A stretch of 38,300 nucleotides of DNA from Polymyxa betae A26-41 (GCA_003693705.1 RBZT01000613.1:1-38300), one strand, 5' to 3'; counted from the first letter of the stretch, positions 24,624 through 35,817 are shown. A program made the numbers and translations. The notes: a model not told the origin generated them from the letters alone.

Positions 24624-24903
24624 AGTTGGCCTTTGAAATGGTCAGCCTGTCTCACCCCAAAATATCTCCAGTACTTCTATGGATATCTCAGCAGAACTAA
24701 GAACACTTGTATTCACTCTCGACCAAGGCTTCCATCAAACATTTATTGGGGCTTATGGGGTTTCTAAACACAAGGACATCGTCTTGATCGGCGAATCATT
24801 CCCCGAACTTTCTTGAAAAGAAACGCCTCCAGTTGACCAGGATCGGCAAACGACTCGAATCCAATCCGATCATCTCCCGACGATTTATGTGAAATGAAAC
24901 AGA

Positions 24904-25032
24904 ATTAGGTCATAGGGCGCGTCTTTCATGAGAGGAGGTTGCGCCCCGACCTAATACAGTATCGCTCTCTTGTTCGGTCTAGGAGGCTACCTCTTGGTCA
25001 TCATCATTAGCTCTCACCTAGCCTTCATATCG
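24904..25032 (+). ncRNA. Candidate double-hairpin (H/ACA-like) small RNA
   Basis: Hairpin 1 is ATTAGGTC/GACCTAAT plus GGGCGC/GCGCCC (24904-24955), followed at once by ACAGTA (an ANANNA H box). Hairpin 2 is GG(T)CTAGG..GCTA/TAGC..CCTAGCC (24976-25023), followed by ttcATAtcg. No ORF on either strand. Confidence 0.35.
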
Positions 25033-25127
25033 TCATCCAATAGTTGTACATTTCGTAATAGCTCAATCGAGATGCGCTGCCTCATGCATTAATTGCTGCT
25101 TTAAAGGGAATCTAATCGCGCGTCGTC

Positions 25128-25394
25128 ATGTCGGCCGCCGTTGCTGAAGCCGCCGGGCGTGTCGCTTCACTATCTGCTGACCTGCTTAGAAGGCTAATGG
25201 CTGAACCTTCATTCACAGGTTCAATACATTTTTCTGGTTACAGCAGCTCGTGCTGATTAGAATTTGTAGATGCTCTGCGTGTGATGAATCGAAACGCTCG
25301 CAAAGCCAAGCGCCCCAATCATAAGACTCGACCAGTCTCGAACGTGAATCGGCGATCGAAGAATTTCGAGCGCAATCGTCCTATTAAGCCATAA
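25128..25394 (+). CDS. 71-aa basic protein with a mitochondrial-presequence-like N-terminus (2 exons)
   Basis: Exon 25128-25218, a 51-nt GT-AG intron with a ctgat branch-like site, and exon 25270-25394 give MSAAVAEAAGRVASLSADLLRRLMAEPSFTDALRVMNRNARKAKRPNHKTRPVSNVNRRSKNFERNRPIKP*. Confidence 0.6.
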
Positions 25395-25424
25395 AAATCG
25401 TTCGGCAGGATGCGTATCTGCTAA

Positions 25425-26449
25425 TTATACATTTTTTATGAACAGTTCAGATATGATTAGATTGCGGTCAGATTCAGACAATCCAGCATCCGTCTCGATT
25501 TGCGATTGCAACTGCTGGCGATACTTGGTGTCGTGCTCCATGATGAACTGCCGAAGGAATCGGACATCGTCTTGCGTCTCTCGCCTGTAGAAATCTCTGA
25601 TTTTCATGTCATAATTTTTCTTCTGACAAATGAAGCGAGTAAAAAGCCAACCTTGATTCTATTCGAGAAGTTATTCTCGCCAAACATATTGGAAAACAGT
25701 GTCTCTCAAACGATTCTGACATCATACACGATCGCATGAAGAATTGCTCGAAGTCTCCATAGTCGATCGTGGCGTTTACCAGCGCTTGTCGCACATCTTT
25801 AGACAAATGAAGCTGCGTATGTGATGCATTCTCGACGATATCTGCGAACGTCCAGAATAGAGCTTTCATTGTATCAGACTGCCTACAGAGTTGTTCGATT
25901 AGACTGGCTCTTCTGCAAATTAATCAGCTGCGGTCAAATAGCGAGAAGATAACAATACATGGAAGCGGTGCATGTTTCACGCAGCTGCTGATGGATCGAG
26001 CATGCAAGCGCTTTTAACCGGCAGATCTCGCCATTGAGGTAGTCATGTTCCCGAACGAAAAGTTCAGATCTGGCTTCAAGACAGCTAATGGCGGCAAACG
26101 CGTCCGAGAAAGCGTTCGGATTGGGAAACGAGCGAATAATCGCCGTCATGAGCTCACCAGAACAGAATGGGTTGTCCATTAATCGGGCCAGCAAGCATCT
26201 GAATAATATTTAGGCATTTTTGAAGCAGAAATGAGAGACAGATTCGCGTCTTGACTTTTTGGTGTCAGTCAGGTCTATGCTGAGCTGATGGCAAAGCTGG
26301 CGTTGAATAGGCAGCAATGAATGAGGCCGCTGGAGGTGCGAGCACCAGACCAAGGCTTCGGTTAAGGTCTGGCCATCCCATCGCTGGACTCGTGAATCGG
26401 CACTTTGTGCGAAGATTTCAGTGACCAGCTGGAAATCTGATTCGTTCAT
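25425..26449 (-). CDS. FANCF-like protein (multi-exon)
   Basis: The N-terminus FQLVTEIFAQSADSRVQRWDGQTLTEALVWCSHLQ resembles the conserved FANCF N-terminal block (ELLAVS....V..WD..T...AL.WA.YL), followed by LLARLMDNP (cf. LLEN). The rest is helical and not recognisable. Confidence 0.55.
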
Positions 26450-26559
26450 ATCGCCTGACGGAGCGGCGATGTCCGCAGACTTGAACAGAAGCGACACACG
26501 CTATAGCGACATGTATTATGTATATACAATAATTTATTCGATAAAATAGAAATTGTTCA

Positions 26560-29500
26560 TCAAAACCTTGTATGGATTGCAGAAGATTGGGAGCGCTCCG
26601 AGCTGTTGTTGTGCTGTCGTGGTTGATACGCCGACGTACGAGGGTAATATTCTCCACGTGGTTGATCTTCGTACCGACGATGCTGCTGTTCAGATCTTGA
26701 ATAGTTACTGGACGATTTCCAATCGTGACATGATCGGTTGTCCGTATTGGAATGATGACCATTCGACGATCTCCGTTCCGGACTGGGACGACGAGATGAA
26801 CTTGGATGTGATCGATCACGGTTCCAGGCATCAGCATTATGATAATTGCTATCACGTGGGGTTCGCGAGCTCCTGGCGCTATTGTGGTTGTTGAAATCGC
26901 GTTGAACATGGGGACGTTTGAGATTCCGAGGACGGTCAAGGTTTTTGACTGGCTCGAAACGTCGTTTGACCCCGTTTGAATGAGGTGTTGCAACCTGAGT
27001 AGATGTCTGCGGAACGCCATTGTCATCCTTGAGGGACACCACCGATATATCTGTGAAATGTCACTACCACATACCTGTAGAAAACACAAATAGTACCGTT
27101 CTGTGGCGATGGTGAGGTCGGCTGAGATCGAAGATAAGACAGCCGACTCGGGTGAATACCATCGAAGCAGGGTTCATATGCCTGAAGCATCGGAGAACGT
27201 TCAGGAAGGGAGACCGCAGCATGCCATGACTCGTCATCTGATGGAACATGAGCGCGGGGTTGGACATCTGGAGCAACCTGATACGAAAACCCGGAGGCCG
27301 GCATAGCATTCGGATCAGGTGGCTTGATTGGTTTCAGGCAGCTTTCCGGGATTTTGACGACCTCCGGCTGCCCTTCGCTAGTAGTCGAAGGCAAATTCAA
27401 ATCGTCGAAATTCGGATCGCGCTCATCAAAGCTAAAAGTTGGTGTAGAATGCTGCCCATCAACAACGGAGACCGAAGTGAGGCGTTTGACATTGTCGACC
27501 AGGGTGGAATCGCGAGCCGGTGTGCCATGTTTGTAAATCCGGTCATAATCAAGCTCTTCGAACGCCATTACCGAGTCCAGATCGGGAGCCTGCCTGATCT
27601 CGGCGTGGTCATCAAAGTACTTAGAATGTTCGACAGCGGATACAATCCAGCTTTTGGGCGCCATAGAAAACGGATTGGACGATTTCAAACTGAGCCTATT
27701 AATGACATTGCATGTAATCTGAGAAGTTGTTAGAAATGTCGCATTGTCTGGTTAACCAAAACTCTACCGAGTCGTTCAATGCAAAATCGGAAAGCGATAC
27801 CCGAGATGGGCCTAAAATGCGATCAAGCGTGGGTGGCTCTTTGACAAATTCGCTCCACTGCGTGTCAACACGATTGGCGACTTCTTTATTGTTGGCGTCC
27901 ATGATCCAGCTGGCCGTTTCGATCTTCTCTAGTTGTCGCTGGAACACCAAATCCTCGAACATCTCGTGCATTAACAAGCGGTAGATAAACACCGGGCGCT
28001 CTTGTCCGATTCGATAAACTCGATAAGCAGCCTAACAGCAGAATAGTCATTATAAAGGAAGACAGAGGAGACGAAGATGATGATGCAAGACTAGGCAGAT
28101 ATACCTGAAAGTCAACGCTCGGATTCCAGTTGGGCTCCAAAATCACGACACGGCTGGCAGCGACTAAAGAGATGCCCTCGCCGCAAAGCGTCGAGATCAG
28201 GAAACAATCGGCATGGGATGATGCCGAATTGAAATCCTTAATGAGCGATTCGCGCTCTGTCATGCATGTGCTACCGTCGAATCGAAACGCGTTTATTTTC
28301 GAGTTCGCATGCTGATTATAGCGCTCAATCATCTCCTGAATGAAAACATATTCAGCGAATCATTTTAAAAATAAAGAAAAAAACGTGCTTCGTACCTCGA
28401 CGAAAGACAGCGCCTTAATCCATCTGGAAAATACAACGACTTTCTCACCAGCTGCTCGACATTGTTGCAGCAAGACCATTAACAGGACCATCTTGCCGCT
28501 GGCCTCCAAATCGATCTGGTTCGGGTCGACGCCGGCCAGCGCCTCCTGGCACGGGATGCTGGCCTCAAGATCCGCTTGACGACGAGCAATCTGAAGACAA
28601 ACAACATGTTATAACAATGAGCTTGAAGAGGCGACCCGCCATGACAGGAGAGGCCGCATACAGCAGTAGATCAACTGATAAATTATCGACATGACTTTGA
28701 AGAAGGAGCAGTGTAACAGTAATCATCAATGAAGAAATTTTTTAAAAATTTTCTTACCTGAGGGTGATCTGATATCATTGTGGCCACACTGTGTAATGTT
28801 ACTCCGTCAAGTCCATTCCTCTTCTGAAGGCAACTCGTCCATATAGATCGTTGCAGTTCTGAGAATCGGATCGTGATCACGATCTCCTACACAACAGGAA
28901 TCAGGGAAGGCGCGAAAAGAAGCCACCAGGGCGTACCGTTTTCGGGGGCAGGTGCTGCTTCAGGAACTGGTTGTCGCGGCGGAAAAACAGGCAATTCTTC
29001 CGAATCATCTCGTATAGCACGAAGGCGCGTTTTTTGGAGATATCGGGCTTGGTGGCTTTCAGGCCATTAATAACCTTCTCATATAGATAAGTGAAATTCT
29101 GCTTCGATTTAAACAACGAGATGCATTTCGGCTTGCTGTAATGTCATATGTGAGAACTCCCTATACAGCTGAATAATGACATTCGCCATACTTTACGAAT
29201 ATCATCAGCGAATAGAGCTCTTTGAGATGATTTTGTAAGGGATATCCAGAAACGACAATTCTCCGCTGTGTTCGAATTACATTCAACGAGTTGTGGATCG
29301 CCGACTTATTATTACATAATCGATGACCTTCATATGATTAAACTTCAAACAAAATGCCCCATCATTGCAGATACCTTCATCGAGAATAACCACATCAGGA
29401 CCAGGAGACGTCCTCAGCAGTTTCTGATCAGATTTCCGCCCGACCATTTCTGAGAACATGGAATAGGACAGGATGAGAAGACCACCAGCCTGTGCCCATC

Positions 29501-30456
29501 GCTGTAAAACGTCTGTACGAAAGCTTGCGGACATTGTCGAGCTCAGCAAGAACGGGTCCGAGAAACGCTTCTGACCAGATCCCAACCAGGAATTGAACCT
29601 GGTACGAATCAGTGCCAGATAGAAACCGGGCGGGTACGACCCACCTGACGACTTCATCGGCCCAATGGGAGACGACGGTCAGCGGCGCCAAGATCAGCAA
29701 TTTCGGTTTGGCGATTTTATGGTAGGTTCCAGTGCAAAACAGATACAAAGCTGATAGGACCTAACGAAGGCTATCAGGAGAATGGAGGAATGCGAAACGA
29801 AGGAAGGCGACCTGGAGCGTCTTGCCAAGACCGAGGGCGTCGGCGAAGATAGTGCCGGCATTGTCTTTGAGGACGGTGCTGAGGAAGGCGGCGCCGATTT
29901 GCTGATGACGATGCAGGTGCGTGGTGAGGAATTCCGGCAAAGCGTCCAGCACCGGCTGTAGACCGAGCTCGCGAACCGGGTCGTACTGGTCTGTGCCCGG
30001 CACCACCGCGTCCCGATCGGCGCCGTCGTCGACGTTCAGAACCGAGACGGCTTGTCTGGTCTGGGTCGGATTCTGGGCGATGTCGATCTCGTGGAGATCG
30101 TCGAAGGCGCAATCGATGAACTGCGGCGAGTCGGGTTCGGGGGTCAGATCGATATGCTCGACAGAGACGACATTTAATGAGGAAGATGTGGGAGGTATCG
30201 GCTGCTTTTTGAAGGCGGATTCCGAGCCGATAATCGGTGAGGATTTGTCATCCGGTAGTGATACGAGATTGAGATCGGAATCAGCTCGAAAATTCCGATT
30301 GTTTCCATCCTGAAGCGAAGCGAAGCGATTGTCGATTTCATCGAGTCGTTTCAACAGGTCCGAAATCTGGGCCGTTTTTTGCCGATTGTCTTCCTCGAGG
30401 AGAGCGACCCGGCGCCACAAGGCGGCCATCTCCAGCGAGGCATCGGTCTGTTGCAT
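26560..30456 (-). CDS. SNF2-family chromatin-remodelling ATPase, ARIP4 (RAD54L2)/ATRX-like
   Basis: Spliced motifs: HQQIGAAFL, ADALGLGKTLQ (Walker A), APLTVVSHWADE, PGPDVVILDEGH (Walker B, across an intron), SGYPLQN (motif III, ARIP4-like), ASGKM..[40 protein letters not shown]. Introns near 27720-27768 and 27051-27097 extend the frame into ORFs 27023-27688 and 26560-27042 (R/S/H-rich tail). Confidence 0.85.
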
Positions 30457-31118
30457 TTTACAGGTTTCAAGGCCGGCGCCCTTGTTGGATCCAGGTCGGG
30501 AAGCGGATCGGACCCCTCCTGTCCCTGAAAATCCCTCCCAAAATCATCTGAAACACACTACGGAACTTCGCCCAAGCAGTTCCGCAACTGTTTGTAAAAT
30601 TTCCGCACGTCCATTTTTCAAGATTTTTTTTTGAAACGCATTGCGGGCTCGAAGCCATTGAGTTGATGTGGTCGCACAAGTCTGTGATTGCTGATCCGCA
30701 TCTCGAATCGGAAATCTCAAATCAATTGTAGATCTGAGATCTCATATCCTTTGATCTGCTCTCAAATTAATTTATACTGCACTGTGTCCCGATTGCTTCG
30801 ATAGCTTGATGTTTTCAATCCCAATCCGGAGAGAAAGAGTACACCGCGATCACAGAACACAACAGAACTTGGAATTCCAGATCTCGTGATCCTTAAATAC
30901 AGATCCCTTATGACGCAGCTTCGCATATTTGTGCTTCGCTGAGTCTGCGATTTACTCAAGCAGGTACCCTCGCAGATGGAACGTCTTCATATAAGCAGGA
31001 TGTTAAATATCGATGTATTTCGTTACGTCCGAACAGTATCCATGCTCTTCAAAACGTTGAGGTCTTGAAGGAATTTAAACTCGTTTTTCCCGCTCTACGA
31101 GATCATCGTTTAAGTTGC

Positions 31119-33106
31119 TTAATTTTTGTCATGTTTTGGTCTTAGAGCTGGGAATAAGATCACATCACGAATGTGGCTTGCTCCGGTTAGCAATCTACAA
31201 AGACGATCGAGTCCAATTCCCCAGCCAGCCGTAGGCGGCATTCCAAACTCCAAGGCTTCACAAAATTCATCAGAACAAGGACGCTTTTCAGTATCGCCTT
31301 GTGATCGAAGCATCTCCTGAATGAATCGATGAAAATGATGTAGCGGAAATAGCAGATTGCTAACCTGATGCTGGAATCGACGACGCTGTTCATCTGGATC
31401 TGCTAATTCCGAATATGCGTTGCAACTAAATCGCAATTAATCAAAGAACTAACAATTCGAGAATAGACTTTCAACAAAACATGGAAATCGAACAGAAACA
31501 GAATGGATGATTACATTTCTTGACCCTGAATGAATAATTCGAATCTTTCTGTGATGTATGGGCGGTCGAGATGAGCCTTGGCTAGCGGGCTAACCAATGT
31601 TGGATGATTCATTAAGAATGTGGGATTAACACATCTGGGTTCGACGAGATTGGAAATTAACGAATCTACGATTGATGTCGCATTGACGTGTTTCGGCAAT
31701 GGCAGATTTGCTGCTAAGAGTATCGTCTTGAGCTCAGACACGCTGCGCTCATCCTGGCATGATATCAGGGAGACGCGATCACACGCTGAGCGAACTTAAA
31801 CCTCATCTAGCAGTTCAACGATGTTGATTTGAGAGTCCAACAGCTTGCTAAGTTCGTCGTTTAGCGCTGTGAGACAGTCCAATCGATCAAACGATTCGAA
31901 ACGGATTTTGGACTGATCCCCAAGCATCTCGGTGATTCCAGTCAGCAGACGCTCGGTGAGCGGAATCAGATCAAGATAATCGGCATGAGCCATGTAGAAT
32001 TCGCATGATGTGAACCTAAATCAGCGAGCATATTAAATCATCTGTCAATAATCATAAGCAATTATACTCTGGATGATGTTCACGATCCATTCCTGAATGG
32101 TCAGTAAGTTACATAACGCAGGCGCAAAATCGTCATTCACCTTCGTTTCTAAACACTTTCCCGAGCTCGAAGACACGATCGAGGCCACCAACTAGCGGGA
32201 AATTACTGGAAAAGTTTGATCGCGAAACATTGACATACTAATGAGCTGCTTAAGGAATAGCTCCGGCGCCTAAAGTATCAAGTTATAACAACAATTTCAG
32301 GCGGGAATGTTAGCCCAACAATACGTAGATGCAGCTCGGAGCTCAACGCTGAGCTGTTGGTGGTGAAAGGATTGGCGTTGGCACCGCCGGCGCTCCCCCA
32401 AAGGATCGGGGTCTCGACCTCAACAAAATTCTCTTTTTCCAGGAACCTTCGAATGAAGCTAATGACCTATAAACATTAAAAAAAATCATGAAGAACCCCT
32501 TTAGCAGAATCTGCGAACCTTAGCTCGGGTACGGAAGATGTGATGCACATTATTGGCGTTCACAATCATGTCTAGATATCGTTGTCGCTGACGAATCTCC
32601 GGCGATTCTAGCGCATCCGGAATGGGATGTAAGCAGGGCGCCAGAATCTGGCAGTCTCGAGCACACAAAAGCAGCTGGCCTTTGGACGAACTCGTTGGAA
32701 ATCCTTGAATAGAAATGTAATCGCCACGAGTTACAGAGCGCGCCAGATCGAATAGATCACTTGATTCGAACTCTTTCGAAGAGCATTTCACCTGCAGCGA
32801 CCCGACACCGCAAGCAACATCTAGAAAGAATAACGACCTGCCGCTTTCACGTTTTCGCAGGACACGCCCGTTCTGGACAACGCTCTGCTCAGGGCAGGAC
32901 TGACCCGGGGATAAAGTTTGATACGACAGCCTGAAATCGTCAAATGACATCGTCGGTGGGCGTCGGCGCTGCTGGTAAAGCTGCCCAGCGGGATGCAGGA
33001 TTCGCTCACGGCGGACCGCAGAAGGAGACGCGGATGCCGATAGACGCCTTCTAAGCAGGCTGTATGTGAATGGATTGCCACATGACAGATTCCTGACTAA
33101 TGGCAT
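31119..33106 (-). CDS. Class II lysyl-tRNA synthetase, organellar (mitochondrial) type
   Basis: Presequence-like N-terminus and an OB-fold anticodon domain. Motifs: [63 protein letters not shown] (built from 25- and 31-nt mini-exons) and [19 protein letters not shown]...IRDVILFP. Confidence 0.92.
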
Positions 33107-33126
33107 GATCGACTTGTGGTATAATG

Positions 33127-33435
33127 ATGGAGCTGCAGCCTCATTGACGGCATTCTCACGCGGATACCGTCGTGCTAAACCCTAAGCCCTAGTTAAGAAC
33201 AGAAGGTTTGGGGCGGCTATTTATCAACGAAACGGGTCCGGCCTCATCCAAAGTTGATGTAGACCGCTTTGAGTTGTTTTCAATCGGTATGAGCTGAAAG
33301 AACGTTGCTTTAAAAAGGAGCATTTACAAAACCAAAGTCGAAATCCAACCGCGTATGTTAGCACGACTAAGTTGAAGGATAATTTCGAGCTTTCGATTGT
33401 GTGAGGACGGCGTCAAGGCGGTAGCTGCAATCCAT
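33127..33435 (+). ncRNA. Candidate ~310-nt structured ncRNA (telomerase RNA hypothesis)
   Basis: Nested long-range helices join the 5' and 3' ends (atgga/tccat, agctgc/gtagct, ttgacg/cgtcaa, ttctcacgcg/tgtgtgagga, gtcgtgctaa/ttagcacgac). There are several internal hairpins, and G-U pairs favour the + strand. CTAAACCCTAA lies at 33175-33185. No ORF is present. Confidence 0.45.
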
Positions 33436-34069
33436 ATACAAATCTACCTGTCTTCATATACATAACATATGTCAATCAAGGACTCCCATTCAGTTTATAT
33501 TTCGAAGCCCGTCAACATGGAAATTCAACGACATGAACACGAAAGATGTCACTGTTGTTTAATCGGCCAAGAATGACAGAGCCAATTAATTAAGCTAATT
33601 GAGGTCAAGGGCGCAGCTACCGCTTAGAGCGACCTTTGAAAGCGACATCGAATCCAAGTTCATCTCTGGAACACAAGCCGAGCGGCATAACAAAAACCCG
33701 CCAAAACTTTCTGGCCCATGACGAATTGACAGTAAGATTAGTGTCTTGCTATGGATCATCTGAGAGGCGCAAACAACCCGATTTCAATATTTATAAATTC
33801 GAAACCCGGGCACAATTGAAAAAACAAACAAGCAGCCTGTTTAAAAACGTCGAGTTTGATGGTGAGGCTCAGGATACGATGTAAAACCCAGTCTAGGTGG
33901 CTTCTGATTCCACGAACCATCTCTCACCACCCAGCTCTTCCTTCACCATCTGATGGGTCTCATCGCCTATTGTCTAGTCGCTATGAGCCTATGATTGAGA
34001 GAGTAGAACGCACTTTCTGCAGTTGCTGTCTCAAACAGCTCCAGAGACATTTCTCTCTTGCTGATCCAA

Positions 34070-35817
34070 ATGGCGGGCGCTTTGCAATCGTATCTGCAGA
34101 ATCTAAAAGCAGCCATACAGCGAGAAGATGGTCGCCTCCTAGTTGAAGTGCTGGGTTTCTTACTGATGTAAACCCTAGGAAGGGCGACCAGCGCTTATCT
34201 AGATCTTGCACCTGCGATCATCTCGCCTGCTGATGCTGACGCTGTGCGAGCTTCGTTTGAAAATGTAAACGACCAGATAAAAATATTGAATTTGCTCATG
34301 ATCAAACAGGAATCGGTTCTGGAACAGTCGTGTAATCGCATTTTCAATGGAAACTTTTGCAAGGTGGATTGGAAATTCTTCCAGTTCAATATATATTCAT
34401 AGTCCTGTTAGATTGTCTACTGTCATTGTCGCTGTTCGTATTTGATGTCAAAAAAGCGTTATATTGAAGCCTTTGAAGTATGTTTTTTCACGACTCAGCG
34501 AATTCTGCATCTCAATTGCGTCAGCAACAAAACGAATCCGCGTCTGCTTTTCTTGCAGAAATGAATCTTGAACGTCCTGAAAAGACTAATTGGTGGCTTC
34601 GTCCCATTCATACTGTCATGGTTGCATTCAGGTCAGCACTGCCTATTCACAATATTTGTACAATCCTTAGGTCCTCTTTGCAGGCTTGTTGCTTTTAAAG
34701 CAGATGAAGAGCATGCAAAAAAAGCTGGAAATTCGAAGTCTGTTTATGCGATTCAGGTAATCAGCAGCGAGATTTATTCTGCTGTTATTGGGCGATTAAT
34801 GGGGCTTGCAGGTTCCAGAAGTATTACAGAAGTTCTTTCGCAGAATGATTCAAGATCGTTCGGCTTTCAATGTCTCCAAGATTGCAGGAGCTCTTTTCAC
34901 AGTAATGAATATTGTTCCGGGTCTTGTGCCTTCCAGATAAGATCTGTTAGGTGAATGAGATGTTGAAAGTCTACTTTCATCTGAAAAATTTGAGGCTGTG
35001 CACGCAAACTATCAGGACTGTCGAAGGCCAGACGTTCCCATCTCTGGACAGTTTTCCGAAGTCTCAGACAGTCACGTATGCGTTAATTGTCATCTGTTCA
35101 TACACGTGGTTAATGCCAATCGTCGTCAGATATAACTATTTCTTGGGACGGTTGAAGCTGTTTGATGAGCAATACGACCAAGCTGAGAACGCGTTAGAAT
35201 GGGCCTTTGTCCATTGCCATAAGGGTTCCTGGTCGAATAAGAGACGTATATTAGAGCAAGCAGACTCTGGATTCAGGTCCTTTCATTACTGAACAAATAT
35301 TTCCAGGTTTCTGATTCCAGTGAAGTTATACGTCGGCAAGTTTCCCAAACTCCAGCTCTTGGAGAAGTACAAATTGATGCATTTTCGCGGTTTGATTGTT
35401 GCAATGCATTGCGGCCGATTGGATTGGTTTGAGAAAGAGCTCAAGCAATACGAAGAATTGTATATCAAGAAAGGAGTGTACTTAACTCTGGAGCAGTTGA
35501 GGATATATGTTTATCGGAACATGTTTATGAAAGTTCTTGAAGTTCAACAAGCTCGTCCAACCAATGTGAAGAAATCGCTTCTCCCATTCGACGTCCTTCA
35601 GATAGCCATGACTATCAATGGCCGGCCGGTATTGTCATTTTGCTAATGATTCTTTTATGTGAATTTTGGTGGTTAGGATGTCGATGGCAATGAGCTGGAA
35701 TGCATAACTGCTAACCTCATCTACGATAAATATCTCAAAGGTTATATTGCTCATCAACGAGGCGTTATGGTGAGCCAAGTTGATCCATTTCCAGCAATCT
35801 CGCGAGGCACTGCGTAA
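34070..35817 (+). CDS. PCID2: PCI domain-containing protein 2 (PCID2/Thp1/CSN12, TREX-2 subunit)
   Basis: Motifs: LKVYFHLKNLRLC, FPKSQTVTYNYFLGRL, AENALEWAFVHCH....NKRRILEFLIPVKLYVGKFP and ELECITANLIYDKYLKGYIAHQRGVMVSQVDPFP. ATG at 34070, stop TAA at 35815-35817. Confidence 0.9.

Noticed and set aside
24655-24761. RNase MRP-like motifs (aatatctccag ... tggggctta)
   Set aside because: The motifs are only ~85 nt apart, with no P2/P3 or CR-IV; too short for MRP RNA.
30460-31110. GATC/AGATCT-rich spacer with short ORFs
   Set aside because: No coherent ORF, repeat unit or stable long-range pairing was found; probably promoter and UTR sequence.
33201-33394. RNase P RNA reading: AGAAGGTTTGG as CR-I pairing with CGAGCTTTC as CR-V (P4)
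   Set aside because: The pairing depends on many G-U pairs, there is no room for a P3 with its internal loop, and no recognisable CR-IV. Kept only as an alternative for cmscan to test.
33127-33435. SRP RNA or MITE explanation of the ~310-nt fold
   Set aside because: There is no SRP helix-8 motif or Alu UGUNR. There is no target-site duplication, and mismatches are biased to + strand G-U, unlike a decayed DNA inverted repeat.
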